A stretch of DNA of 64,000 nucleotides from Patescibacteria group bacterium. Its GTDB lineage: Bacteria > Patescibacteriota > Patescibacteriia > UBA10025 > JAHIVO01. The position numbers and the translations under genes are program-made. Each line of letters opens with the position of its first letter. The first letter of the stretch is position 1. Shown piece after piece: positions 37,123 through 46,844 of this stretch. The stretch is from the NCBI GenBank assembly GCA_041660605.1, contig JBAZWB010000001.1, forward strand, positions 622,503 to 686,502, given 5' to 3'. The notes under the pieces are model-generated. The model made no database searches, was not told the origin of the DNA, and saw nothing but the letters and a program-made list of their open reading frames with translations.

Positions 37123-38406
37123 TTATAAATAATCCCAAGTTTGCAATAAATCGCTGTCGGAATACCATCTCTCACCGATATCAACTCTATAAAACATATT
37201 TTGCAGCCGGATATTTTTAATGCGATTATAAGCCTGCCTTCTGGCGTCATCGACTGTATTGCCGCTGCCGGAAATAACCAGGGCGTAACCTGATTGTCCG
37301 GCTATTCTGAGTTTTCCGTCAATCATTTTCACGTCACCCAGATGGATGCCGTCCCAATCCGGATGATTTCTCCTGAATAATATCGATAAATCGCGGTAAA
37401 CGGAGATAGTTTCCTGATCATCTGAAAGATATGGATCAATAATACAGCAAATGCCCACTTGAAATCCTTTTTTTACGGGAATGTTGAAAGTTTCTCCTGA
37501 AGCCAGCCTATAAAAAAATTCTCCCAGCGGCATCTCTATCCCTATTGCCTGTACATCTATAGTCGGATAGCCGAATCGGGAAGTAAATTCGAGCGGATAG
37601 ATGCCGCGGGCATTAACAATGCAATTAATATCAAAATAGCCGACATAACCAGAGGCCGTAAGCTTTTCCTTAAGCTTACCCATGGTATTTTTAAACAAAC
37701 CATTTGGCTGAGCCCAAAACATTAGTGCTCCCATGTCCCCTGTCAGTGGCCCTAGATCACCGGGAAAAAGCCTTTTGTGCTCAAAATTAATATTAATAGG
37801 GGTTAGGAATTCTTTGCCGTTAAAAAATGCTCCGACCGCGGTTTCTACCCCTGAGGCGTATTTTTGTAATTGAAATGTCTTTATTTTTGATCGCCAGATT
37901 CTTTTATTTGACTGCAGCAGCTCAAGTATGTCAGCACCGTTTTCCTCCTCTCCTATAAACAATAGATCTTTGAACTCCTGGGCAGCGCCACTTGGCTTAA
38001 AAACATAACGTCCGGGATTTTTTTGCAAAAAATGAATGGCTGAATCAAAACTATGGAAATCCCAGTGCGGTAAAATCAGAAGTCCGGCTTTCTGCATTTC
38101 TGTCTGACCAAAATTTCTATCATCTTCCAACTTGTCGGTATAAACACTGCCGCCAATTACCTTTTTCCCGGATTTTCTTAAAGCATCCGCTTCATTACCA
38201 AAACCCACATCATCAAATATGATCACGTCAGCCCAATCTATAAAATCTTTCCAATTTTTTACTTTCATTAAAATACCGTCATAAACGTCAGAATCTGTTT
38301 TTGATTTGATATACACTTTAACTTCATGCCCTTCTTTTTGTATACGCCAGGCAATGTCACCGCTCAAGCTTTCCCATGAGACGAATAGAAATTTTTTATG
38401 TGTCAT
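37123..38406 (-). CDS. PurD-like ATP-grasp ligase (phosphoribosylamine--glycine ligase homolog) of uncertain substrate
   Basis: VFKPSGAAQ, FPGDLGPLTGDMGAL, YVGYFDINCIVNARGIYPLEFTSRFGYP and GNTVDDARRQAYNRIKNIRLQNMFYRVDIG align with the PurD A/B/C domains. The start was moved to MTHKKFLFVSW because the longer ORF to 38574 overlaps speA by 146 nt. Confidence 0.6.
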   Translation of the reverse strand: MTHKKFLFVSWESLSGDIAWRIQKEGHEVKVYIKSKTDSDVYDGILMKVKNWKDFIDWADVIIFDDVGFGNEADALRKSGKKVIGGSVYTDKLEDDRNFGQTEMQKAGLLILPHWDFHSFDSAIHFLQKNPGRYVFKPSGAAQEFKDLLFIGEEENGADILELLQSNKRIWRSKIKTFQLQKYASGVETAVGAFFNGKEFLTPININFEHKRLFPGDLGPLTGDMGALMFWAQPNGLFKNTMGKLKEKLTASGYVGYFDINCIVNARGIYPLEFTSRFGYPTIDVQAIGIEMPLGEFFYRLASGETFNIPVKKGFQVGICCIIDPYLSDDQETISVYRDLSILFRRNHPDWDGIHLGDVKMIDGKLRIAGQSGYALVISGSGNTVDDARRQAYNRIKNIRLQNMFYRVDIGERWYSDSDLLQTWDYL

Positions 38407-38428
38407 TTCCGTATATGATGTATAATAT

Positions 38429-39997
38429 TTACCACCCAAATAATTTTCCCACATCATCGGGCGTTTCACGGCGGCGAATGACTTTTGTTTCGCCATTTTG
38501 CGCAATAATTTTTGCCGGAGAAGACAATAAGCAATGGTGGGAAGCCAGCGCATCCTGATAAGCTCCAGTATCAAAAAATGAAATATATAATGATTCGTTT
38601 TCAGGTAAATTATCCAGGCTTGGCAGCATTATATAATTTCCATGAGCGATGTATTTGTCATCTGAATCACAAGATGAGCCAGCCAGCCAGGCCCTGATCA
38701 GCTTTTTGCTATCTGCAGCATTTACAGGCACCACGTGCCATTTCTGGTGCAAAGCCCAGGTATCCAGTAAATCATTCATAAAACTGCCATCGATAATATA
38801 CCATTTTCTGGCATTTCCTTTGGGAATATTTTTTTCACCAATAACCTTAAAAATTGAAATCTGTGCCGGTGCAACGATATATCGCCCCCATTCACAAATT
38901 AGATTTGGATGCGAGATGCCTTCCCGGTCAGCCGTATTTTGCAAAAATTTAATGATTTTTCTGGTTAAACCTTCAATGCCATATTGCCTTTTGCGTTCAT
39001 AAGGGATAGGCATGCCACCGCCGATATCCAGCGTGTCCAAGGTTGGGTTCAGCTTTTTCAGCTTAATGTAAATATCCATGGCTTTCTTGATCGGCGACAT
39101 AATATCCTCAAGTAGTTCAATTTGCGAGCCGACATGATAATGCAAAATTTTTAAGTTACGTATCTTACCGATTTTTAATAGCTCCTGAGGCAAAAATCCG
39201 AAACGATTTATTTTTTTATCCCAGTGCGAATGGACTTTAATATCTAAATCAACTCTTATGCCAACATCACCTTTATATGTCTGTAAAAACCTTAATTCAT
39301 TAAAATCTTCTATAATGGGAATTATCGAGAGATTATTATTTTTTAATTCATTTATTAGATTTAAATAATCTTCTGTTTTTGGACCGTTACAAATGACTTT
39401 AATGCCCGAGTGAAAACTATTCTGCTCCCAAAGTTTTTTTACTAAAAAAAGTTCGTTGTAAGAGCCGACCTCCAAATTCGCTCCTTCTGCGACTAATGAT
39501 AAGATATACTCCTTATTTTGGTTTACTTTCATGGGAAAGTGGTAGTAGAATTTACCTCGGTATTTATAATACCTCATGAAAAGCCTAAATAGGTCAATCA
39601 AGTCCTCTAGCCTCTCTTTTAAAATAAAGGGGAAGAAAATTTCTAATGAGGTGCCAAATTTTTGCACTAAACTTTTGATATTATATTGGTAATTGCCTTC
39701 GAGTACTATCAATTCTCCATTTTGATTTATATCAAAGTATTGAGTATTGAAATCTTTGCCATTTAACTTCCAAAATTTTCTGATTCTTTTCAATATTTTT
39801 TTATTTATTCCTGAATCGTCCGGGCTGTGAATTATGACATCTTCTCTTTTCTTATCTTCTACAATATTTTCGGTTTTTAATATAATTTCTGTTTTAGCAT
39901 TGCTTAATTTTTTTTGTGCACCATCATCAATTTTTTGCGAATTATTTTTCATGTTTTTAATTAAATTTCTTTTAAAAAATAAGTTATCCACATTCAA
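38429..39997 (-). CDS. speA: Biosynthetic arginine decarboxylase (PLP-dependent, alanine-racemase-fold SpeA type) with an N-terminal extension of about 70 aa
   Basis: HYHVGSQ, GGGMPIPY and the C-terminal beta-barrel are present, in agmatinase/DHS context. Confidence 0.8.
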   Translation of the reverse strand: MNVDNLFFKRNLIKNMKNNSQKIDDGAQKKLSNAKTEIILKTENIVEDKKREDVIIHSPDDSGINKKILKRIRKFWKLNGKDFNTQYFDINQNGELIVLEGNYQYNIKSLVQKFGTSLEIFFPFILKERLEDLIDLFRLFMRYYKYRGKFYYHFPMKVNQNKEYILSLVAEGANLEVGSYNELFLVKKLWEQNSFHSGIKVICNGPKTEDYLNLINELKNNNLSIIPIIEDFNELRFLQTYKGDVGIRVDLDIKVHSHWDKKINRFGFLPQELLKIGKIRNLKILHYHVGSQIELLEDIMSPIKKAMDIYIKLKKLNPTLDTLDIGGGMPIPYERKRQYGIEGLTRKIIKFLQNTADREGISHPNLICEWGRYIVAPAQISIFKVIGEKNIPKGNARKWYIIDGSFMNDLLDTWALHQKWHVVPVNAADSKKLIRAWLAGSSCDSDDKYIAHGNYIMLPSLDNLPENESLYISFFDTGAYQDALASHHCLLSSPAKIIAQNGETKVIRRRETPDDVGKLFGW

Positions 39998-40087
39998 AAT
40001 ATGATGTAATTTTATATTTTTTTCACTATTAATGCAAGCCTAGCCGTAAATATAAAATTATTTTTGTATATTGGATAAAATAAATTT

Positions 40088-40999
40088 TTAAAAACCGACA
40101 TACTTTATTTCTTCCTGCAATTGAATCCCAAACTGATCCCTGGCTTGCTGTTTAATATAACTAATCAGCATAACTACATCTTCGGCCTTTGCCTCGCCAG
40201 AATTTATAATAAAGTTTGCGTGCTCTGGAGATACTTGCGCACCTCCAATTTTTTTACCACGTAAACCCAGTTTATCAATGATTTCCCAGGCCTTTTTATT
40301 AGGCGGATTCTTGAATATTGAACCAGCACACGGCAGGTTCGCAGGCTGATGCTGGCGCTTTTCCAGATAATATTTAATTTTTCGCCGAATTTCACTTGGT
40401 GACGATTCTGATAATTTCAGGACTGCCGATAAAATAATCTCTGATCCGTTATTTTTAAACCGGCTGTTTCGGTAAGAAAAATCACAATCCCTTCCGTCAA
40501 TAATTTCTATTTGACCGTGATTATTTACTATCTCTACCTTTTTTATGCATTTCTCTATCCACTCAGTTGGCGTACCGATATTCCCGGCAATGCCTCCGCC
40601 CAATGTTCCGGGTATGCCAATTAAATGCTCCAGACCGGAAAGATTTCTTAGTATTGACAATTGGATTAATTTTTGTAATTTTATCCCCGATTCTGATTTA
40701 ACCAGATCACCATTAAATTCAATATCCTTATTTTCCATTTTTATAACCAGCCCATCAAACCCCTTATCGCAAAATAAAATATTGCTGCCGCTGCCGAGAA
40801 CAAAATAATTAATTGAATTATTTCTCGAATAGTCTACCGCTTTTACTACGTCCTCGTTATTTTTTGCGATAAAAAAATATTTTGCTTTACCGCCTATTTT
40901 AAAGGTAGTATAGGCTGATAGGCTTTTATTGAATTTTACATCCTTCAATATTTTGCTGATGGAACTGCTATTTACTTTCATATATTGACATTTTAGCAC
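40088..40999 (-). CDS. murB: UDP-N-acetylenolpyruvoylglucosamine reductase MurB
   Basis: FKIGGKAKYFFIAKNNEDVVKAV and GSGSNILF show the FAD-binding domain. The gene lies in the mur gene cluster. Confidence 0.9.
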   Translation of the reverse strand: MLKCQYMKVNSSSISKILKDVKFNKSLSAYTTFKIGGKAKYFFIAKNNEDVVKAVDYSRNNSINYFVLGSGSNILFCDKGFDGLVIKMENKDIEFNGDLVKSESGIKLQKLIQLSILRNLSGLEHLIGIPGTLGGGIAGNIGTPTEWIEKCIKKVEIVNNHGQIEIIDGRDCDFSYRNSRFKNNGSEIILSAVLKLSESSPSEIRRKIKYYLEKRQHQPANLPCAGSIFKNPPNKKAWEIIDKLGLRGKKIGGAQVSPEHANFIINSGEAKAEDVVMLISYIKQQARDQFGIQLQEEIKYVGF

Positions 41000-41044
41000 A
41001 TCCTGCTAGATTAAATAAGGCTAAATTTCTGCAACGGAGGAATT

Positions 41045-41467
41045 ATGATATCGCTCCTTGAGAGTTTTTTTCCACTAAAATTCATAAAAAGAATCGTCAA
41101 GCTTGCTGAGGAAAGCGAGATTTCCTGCCTGGAAATAAGCACTTGGTTCGGCCTGCGCCAGCTGGTAATAAATAAAAAATATCGCCAACATTGCCAGACA
41201 GACAAGAAATCTACGATCGCAGCAGACGATGAATTTTATGGGATGGTCTACGCACCTGCAAAAGGAAGATTCTATTTCCATGATGCGCCATTTTTCTCGA
41301 ATTCCAATTGCCTAGTGAAACAGGGCCAATTGCTTGGCAGGATTATCAAAGGCCGGAATACCACTGATGTTTTGGCTTGCGATACGGGAATGATAATCTC
41401 AGTAATGGTCAAAAATGGCAGCAAAGTTTCAAGTGGACGACCTCTCTTTTTGATTGAAAAAAAATAA
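41045..41467 (+). CDS. Biotin/lipoyl-like (barrel-sandwich hybrid) domain protein, degenerate BCCP-like with no canonical biotinyl-lysine motif
   Basis: The C-terminal 75 aa, MVYAPAKGRFYFHDAP...VKQGQLLGRIIKGRNTTDVLACDTGMIISVMVKNGSKVSSGRPLFLIE, align to the BCCP biotinyl domain. AMKM is replaced by KGRN. It is the only plus-strand gene inside the minus-strand dcw cluster. Confidence 0.45.
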   Translation: MISLLESFFPLKFIKRIVKLAEESEISCLEISTWFGLRQLVINKKYRQHCQTDKKSTIAADDEFYGMVYAPAKGRFYFHDAPFFSNSNCLVKQGQLLGRIIKGRNTTDVLACDTGMIISVMVKNGSKVSSGRPLFLIEKK

Positions 41468-41502
41468 CCCATCTCTCTTGCTTTGCTGGATGGGTTATTC
41501 GA

Positions 41503-42852
41503 TTATTTTAACATCTGATTCAATTTCGTAATCGTGCCAGCGCCCATAGTTATAACCACGTCATTGCTTGAAGCATTTAAATTTATATATTCTTTCACAG
41601 CATTAAATCTTTTCAGAACCTTGACGACAGTCTCGTACTTTTTTATTTCTCTGGATAAATCGATAATAGATATTTTTTCGTTTTTATCGCGCCCAGCCAC
41701 ATCAAAAATATCCGTTAGGATTAATTTATCGCAACCCTTAAAAGCCGGACCGAATTGCTTTAACAATTTTTTTGTCCTATTCCGGCTGTGAGGCTGAAAA
41801 ATACACCAGATCTTCCTGCCCGGATAATATGATTTGACGGCCTGCAGCGCCGCCTTAATTTCCGTTGGATGATGCGCGTAGTCATCAATTAACGTAAATT
41901 TTTTGTCCTGATGGGTTATTTGCAGCCTTCTCCAGATGCCTTTAAAATTAAATAGGCCATTTCTTATCGTTGCCAGAGGGATACCGAATGCAATGGACAT
42001 GACGCAAGCTGCCAGTGCGTTGTATACGTTATGCTGTCCGGGAATTCGCAAGGCCAAGTCAAACTTTTCCAATCCTTTGACGCTAAAACGCAAGATCTCT
42101 CCATGCTGCATGATATGCGTGGCATAATAATCGCCTGATTCAATCCCATAGGTTATGACGCGGCAACGCGCCCGTGAAACTATTTTTTTTATATTCGGAT
42201 CATCATTGTTGGCTACTAAAATTCCGCCTTTTGGCACTCTACTAATTAATTTTTTAAAAGCTTTTTTAATGTTATCAAAATTTTTATAATAATCCAGATG
42301 GTCTTCCTCAATATTATTTATGATTAAACCTGCCGGATTATAATTTAAAAAAGCCTCTTTATATTCATCCCCTTCTGCAATAAAATATCTTCCTAAGCCA
42401 AGAATGGCGTTATCATCATTCTCCATTTTTGTCCCTACTACAACTGTTGGGTACAATTTCGCTTCTTTAAAAATACCTGCCAGCATGGCCGTTATAGTAC
42501 TTTTTCCGTGTGTACCAGAAACTATGATTGGCAAAAAATGCTCCATCATTTTGCCTAAAAATTCCGGATAAGATAACGCCTGAATTTTCATTTTTTTGGA
42601 TTTTTTCAATTCTACGTTCACTGAAGTCACGGCATTTGAATAGACAATCAGCTCCGTTTCCCGGGAAACATTATCGGCATTATGCCTGCCAATAAATATT
42701 TCTGCTCCTTTCTGACGCAACTTATCAGTAATTTCCGTGTCAATTAAATCACTGCCGGAGACTTTTTTCCCCATTTCCAATAAAAGCTTAGCCACCGCGG
42801 ATACCCCGATTCCGCCGATTCCGATAAAATGTATTTTTTCTGAAATTTTCAT
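41503..42852 (-). CDS. murC: UDP-N-acetylmuramate--L-alanine ligase MurC
   Basis: IHFIGIGGIGVSAVAKLL and GTHGKSTITAM are Mur ligase motifs. Confidence 0.9.
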   Translation of the reverse strand: MKISEKIHFIGIGGIGVSAVAKLLLEMGKKVSGSDLIDTEITDKLRQKGAEIFIGRHNADNVSRETELIVYSNAVTSVNVELKKSKKMKIQALSYPEFLGKMMEHFLPIIVSGTHGKSTITAMLAGIFKEAKLYPTVVVGTKMENDDNAILGLGRYFIAEGDEYKEAFLNYNPAGLIINNIEEDHLDYYKNFDNIKKAFKKLISRVPKGGILVANNDDPNIKKIVSRARCRVITYGIESGDYYATHIMQHGEILRFSVKGLEKFDLALRIPGQHNVYNALAACVMSIAFGIPLATIRNGLFNFKGIWRRLQITHQDKKFTLIDDYAHHPTEIKAALQAVKSYYPGRKIWCIFQPHSRNRTKKLLKQFGPAFKGCDKLILTDIFDVAGRDKNEKISIIDLSREIKKYETVVKVLKRFNAVKEYINLNASSNDVVITMGAGTITKLNQMLK

Positions 42853-43913
42853 TCGTTGATTTTTAAAATTTCAGTTGAAATGACATTCACCGCGTTCGGC
42901 AATATCATTTTTTTAATATTATCGGATAAAAAATTCAGTTTATTTGGATCTTTGAGTAAATTACTAATTTTTTCAATAAAAATTTTAGGCGATAAATTTT
43001 GCTGGTAAATTACCAGGGCGGCCTCTTTTTCAGAATAATAGTTGGCGTTTTTTTCCTGGTGTGAATCAGGCATTGGAATAATTATTGACGGCTTGCCCAA
43101 AACGGATAATTCGGTCAATGATGACAGTCCCGCCCTACTGACGACAATATCAGCCGCGGCCAGCAAATCCGGCATCTCTTTATTAATAAATTCATATTGC
43201 TGGTAATTTTCGTGTTCAATGCCGGTGACATGCTTCCCGCTCCCAGTCAGATGGACTACCTGGCAAAATTTAACTAATTCAGGCAGTGATTGATTGGTTA
43301 TCGTATTAAGGCTTTGAGCGCCAGTGCCTCCGCCCATTATCAAAACTACAGGAAATTTTTTGTTTAGAGGAAATTTTATATAGGCCCTTTCTTTGTCTCC
43401 ATTTAGTAAATCTTCCCTGGCCGGATTACCAGTCCAGATTGTTTTCTTGCTGGGAAAATATTTCAAAGTTGCCTCAAAGGTAACAGAAATTTTATGCGCA
43501 AAAACAGTCGTTAAAATATTGGAAAACGACGGTTTGATGTCCTGCTGATGAATTAAAATTTTCTTCTGCAAAGTCCAGCCAGCCCAGATTACGGGTACTG
43601 ATATGAACCCACCCGCTCCGACTATAACGTCTGGCTTTTCTTTTATAATTATCCATACGGCCTGCCAAAAACCTAAAAAAGTTAAAAAAACATCAGTAAT
43701 GTTTTTAAAATCAAAATATCTTCTAAATTTTCCGCCGTTAATGGTGTAGTATTTTAATGCGTATCCTTGCAGTAATTTCAGCTCAAGTTCTGATTTTTTT
43801 GTCCCAATAAAAATAAATTCAGTTTCTGAATCAATTTTTTTTATTTGCGTATAAACCGCCAGGAGGGGCATCACTGATCCGGCAGTTCCTCCCCCCGATA
43901 ATGCAATTTTCAT
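42849..43913 (-). CDS. murG: UDP-GlcNAc:undecaprenyl-PP-MurNAc-pentapeptide GlcNAc transferase MurG
   Basis: MKIALSGGGTAGSVMPLLAV, with a GT28 C-terminus. Confidence 0.9.
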   Translation of the reverse strand: MKIALSGGGTAGSVMPLLAVYTQIKKIDSETEFIFIGTKKSELELKLLQGYALKYYTINGGKFRRYFDFKNITDVFLTFLGFWQAVWIIIKEKPDVIVGAGGFISVPVIWAGWTLQKKILIHQQDIKPSFSNILTTVFAHKISVTFEATLKYFPSKKTIWTGNPAREDLLNGDKERAYIKFPLNKKFPVVLIMGGGTGAQSLNTITNQSLPELVKFCQVVHLTGSGKHVTGIEHENYQQYEFINKEMPDLLAAADIVVSRAGLSSLTELSVLGKPSIIIPMPDSHQEKNANYYSEKEAALVIYQQNLSPKIFIEKISNLLKDPNKLNFLSDNIKKMILPNAVNVISTEILKINE

Positions 43914-43927
43914 ATAAATTATTTTCG

Positions 43928-45031
43928 CTATTTTGCTTGCTTAGATATGTTCACCAGCACTCCCATAGCGGTAAGCGTCACAGCCAGCGCGGAACTCCCG
44001 TAGCTGACCAAAGGCAAGGGTATGCCCGTTAATGGTATTAATGTTACCATAGCGGCAATATTTATAAATGCCTGGAAGGTTATCCAGGAAACGATACCAA
44101 TGGCTACTAATTTACCAAATGTATCCGGAGCGTGACTGGCAATCTTCAGGCCACGATAGGCAAACGCCAAAAATAAGGCGATCAAAACCAAGGAAAAAAT
44201 CAAACCAAGCTCTTCGGCGATTACTGCAAAAATAGAATCACCAGTTGCTTCAGGCAAATATAAATATTTTTGCCGCGAATGGCCAAGCCCTAAGCCGAAT
44301 ATTCCACCGCTGCCAATTGCCATTAAAGCCTGGTTGATTTGATAACCTATTCCCTGGGGATCGAGAGCAGGATTCAGAAAAACAGTCAGCCTGGCCGTAC
44401 GGTATGGTGCTAATTTAATCAGAAGCAAAAAAACGCCTGAAGCGCTTAATATCAGCCAAAGTAAATGCTTGAATGGCGCTCCGGCTGAATAAAAAATTAT
44501 AAAAGCCATTAAAGCAATTGCTACCATTGTGCCCATATCGGGCTGCAGCATAATCAGAAATACGATCACGCCAACAATGATAACAAATGGTATCAGACCA
44601 TAAGCGGGATCCTTTATTCCTTCCTTATTTTTCGTGAATAACGTACTGAGGTATATCAGAAATGTTAATTTAAGAATCTCCGTTGGCTGAAATATATTTG
44701 TGCCAATATGTATCCATCTTTTAGCTCCACCATATTCATAGCCTATCCCGGGAATAAAAACCGCTAAAAGCAATATTATGCTGATAATCAATAATGGGAA
44801 AGCAAATTTTTTCCAGGTATGATAGTCAATTTTTGAAGTGATCAAGAAACCAATTATTCCTATAAGAACGCCAAATAATAATTGATGCTTTAGCAGATAA
44901 TTGCTATCGCCGAATTTTTCAAAGGAAATTACAGAACTTGCGGAAGCCAGCATTATTAATCCATAAATTAATACTATTGCGATTATAATTATCAGTTTGT
45001 AATCCGCTTTTTTATAGTTTATTCCGCTCAC
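43928..45031 (-). CDS. ftsW: SEDS-family peptidoglycan glycosyltransferase (FtsW/RodA)
   Basis: Ten TM helices with SEDS conserved loops. It is located between murD and murG. Confidence 0.85.
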   Translation of the reverse strand: MSGINYKKADYKLIIIIAIVLIYGLIMLASASSVISFEKFGDSNYLLKHQLLFGVLIGIIGFLITSKIDYHTWKKFAFPLLIISIILLLAVFIPGIGYEYGGAKRWIHIGTNIFQPTEILKLTFLIYLSTLFTKNKEGIKDPAYGLIPFVIIVGVIVFLIMLQPDMGTMVAIALMAFIIFYSAGAPFKHLLWLILSASGVFLLLIKLAPYRTARLTVFLNPALDPQGIGYQINQALMAIGSGGIFGLGLGHSRQKYLYLPEATGDSIFAVIAEELGLIFSLVLIALFLAFAYRGLKIASHAPDTFGKLVAIGIVSWITFQAFINIAAMVTLIPLTGIPLPLVSYGSSALAVTLTAMGVLVNISKQAK

Positions 45032-46413
45032 TTTAATTTTTCTATATAATTTTTAAACTGATCGCCTCTGTCAAACTCATTTACAAACATCCCAAAGCTG
45101 GCAGCTCCAGGGGAAAGGAGAACTAAATCGCCCATAGTAGCAAATTGTAGCGCAACATTCATTGCCTGTTGCATGGAGCCAGCTGCGGAATAATCAGAGA
45201 ATTTTTTTATTTTGAAACAATTAATAATTTTATTCGTTGCAGTACCTTTTAATAAAATGACTTTTTTAGCTGTGCTAATTATTTTTCCGGCAAATCGCTT
45301 ATAATCCAGCTGCTTATCAAACCCGCCGCAAATTAAAATTGGTTTTTGTTTGAAACTGTCCAAAGCGGCCACAGCTGACTCCGGAGTAGTAGCGGTCGTA
45401 TCGTTGTAAAATTTTATTCCATTTTTTTCAGCGATAAATTCCAGCCGATCCTGCAGGCCCGGATATTGTGCGATTGTCTGACGGATATATTTGGTTTTTA
45501 CGCCGTAAATTTTTGCCGCCGTTACTGCGGCCAGAATATTCAGGACATTGTGCGCTCCAAGAAGTTTAACTTCATTTTGTTTTATTATGAATTCTTTTTT
45601 TCCGTTATTATTGAAATAGATCGAGTCATTTTGCAAAAAACTCCCATTAAAATTTTTATGATTGCCAGAAAAGAACAAGACCTTCGACTTGATGTGTTTT
45701 TTCAGGCTTTTTAACTGATCGTAGAACAAAATGCAGTAATCCAGCTTTTTCTGGAAAGCAAAGATTAATTTTTTAGAATTTTTATATTCTGCTGCTGAAT
45801 CATACCTGTTTAAATGATCAGGCATTATATTGGTAATGATTGCAATATGAGGGCTTTGCCTCAGGTGAGCCATGTCTTCAAGCTGCCAGGATGACAATTC
45901 CAATATTACCGGAGTTCTATCGTTGATTTTGTTCAACACTTCTAATGGAGAAACCTTTATATTTCCGGCAATGATCGGTTTTTTTCCGGAATTCTTGATT
46001 ATTTCGCATAACAGGCTGGTAGTAGTTGATTTGCCTTTTGTACCTGTAATTCCCGTTATTTTTGCGGGACACAAACGGAAAAAGATACTTATGTCTGTCT
46101 CAATGGGAATATTATTTTTACGGGCAGTCCTTAAATATTCCGATTCCCTGGGGACTCCCGGATTTTTTATAATTAAATCGGCATTTTTAAAATCCTTATG
46201 CCGGTGATATCCCAAAATATATTTAATTTTATATTTTTTTAGCTTGCTAATAGTCGGAGATAAAGCTTTTCGAGATTTTAAATCCGTAGCTAGAATATCA
46301 GCTCCTTTTCGGGCTAACCATTTTACGGCTGCTAAACCACCACCCTGAAGGCCAAGCCCGATGACTGTTACTTTTTTACCCCTAATATTATTTAATAAAT
46401 TTTCCATAATCAA
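45028..46413 (-). CDS. murD: UDP-N-acetylmuramoylalanine--D-glutamate ligase MurD
   Basis: VTVIGLGLQGGGLAAVKWLARKGADILATDLK and GTKGKSTTTSL. Confidence 0.9.
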   Translation of the reverse strand: MIMENLLNNIRGKKVTVIGLGLQGGGLAAVKWLARKGADILATDLKSRKALSPTISKLKKYKIKYILGYHRHKDFKNADLIIKNPGVPRESEYLRTARKNNIPIETDISIFFRLCPAKITGITGTKGKSTTTSLLCEIIKNSGKKPIIAGNIKVSPLEVLNKINDRTPVILELSSWQLEDMAHLRQSPHIAIITNIMPDHLNRYDSAAEYKNSKKLIFAFQKKLDYCILFYDQLKSLKKHIKSKVLFFSGNHKNFNGSFLQNDSIYFNNNGKKEFIIKQNEVKLLGAHNVLNILAAVTAAKIYGVKTKYIRQTIAQYPGLQDRLEFIAEKNGIKFYNDTTATTPESAVAALDSFKQKPILICGGFDKQLDYKRFAGKIISTAKKVILLKGTATNKIINCFKIKKFSDYSAAGSMQQAMNVALQFATMGDLVLLSPGAASFGMFVNEFDRGDQFKNYIEKLK

Positions 46414-46500
46414 GTGCTATGTAATATACCATATTTTATCCGTTTTTGTAAGAAAAAACAGCCTTTCTCGGGGATAAGCGTATAATTCCAACTATTGCCT

Positions 46501-46749
46501 CTATTTAACTTTACTAAAGCCGTTAAAATGGATATTTGTATCTGAAAAAATTTCAATCACCCGATATCTTCCGATAGTTGAAATCTTCCCGGATATTTTT
46601 ATATGCGTTGATTCCAGAATCATGATGCTGGCCAGTGGCGCTGAAAGCCTGCCGCAACCATCAGTTTCCAATAGTGGAATTTCGCCATCCAGCCAGTAAT
46701 TCCTTTGTCCATTTTTTAAAAAGTGGTATATTTTCTCGATTTCTAACAT
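46501..46749 (-). CDS. Hypothetical small protein (82 aa) between mraY and murD
   Basis: An ORF only, with no recognisable motif. It is co-directional inside the dcw cluster. Confidence 0.3.
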   Translation of the reverse strand: MLEIEKIYHFLKNGQRNYWLDGEIPLLETDGCGRLSAPLASIMILESTHIKISGKISTIGRYRVIEIFSDTNIHFNGFSKVK

Positions 46750-46844
46750 TTCCGGAAGGCATTCTTCGGCTTTTTTGTGTCCGTTTTTAAATTCCTTGAT
46801 ATTACGAAGAGCTAAATCGGGATTGAATTCAACCTGAATGTCTA

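Noticed and set aside
38406-38574. Long start of the PurD-like ATP-grasp gene at 38574
   Set aside because: It overlaps the speA 3' end by 146 nt. The PurD-like alignment begins at MTHKKFLFVSW (38406).
41011-41472. Three minus-strand ORFs (41011-41205, 41075-41281, 41272-41472) that would keep the dcw block uninterrupted on one strand
   Set aside because: They are short, mutually overlapping and without any recognisable similarity. The plus-strand ORF they overlap has a clear biotin/lipoyl-fold alignment. The plus-strand gene is preferred, with stated uncertainty.
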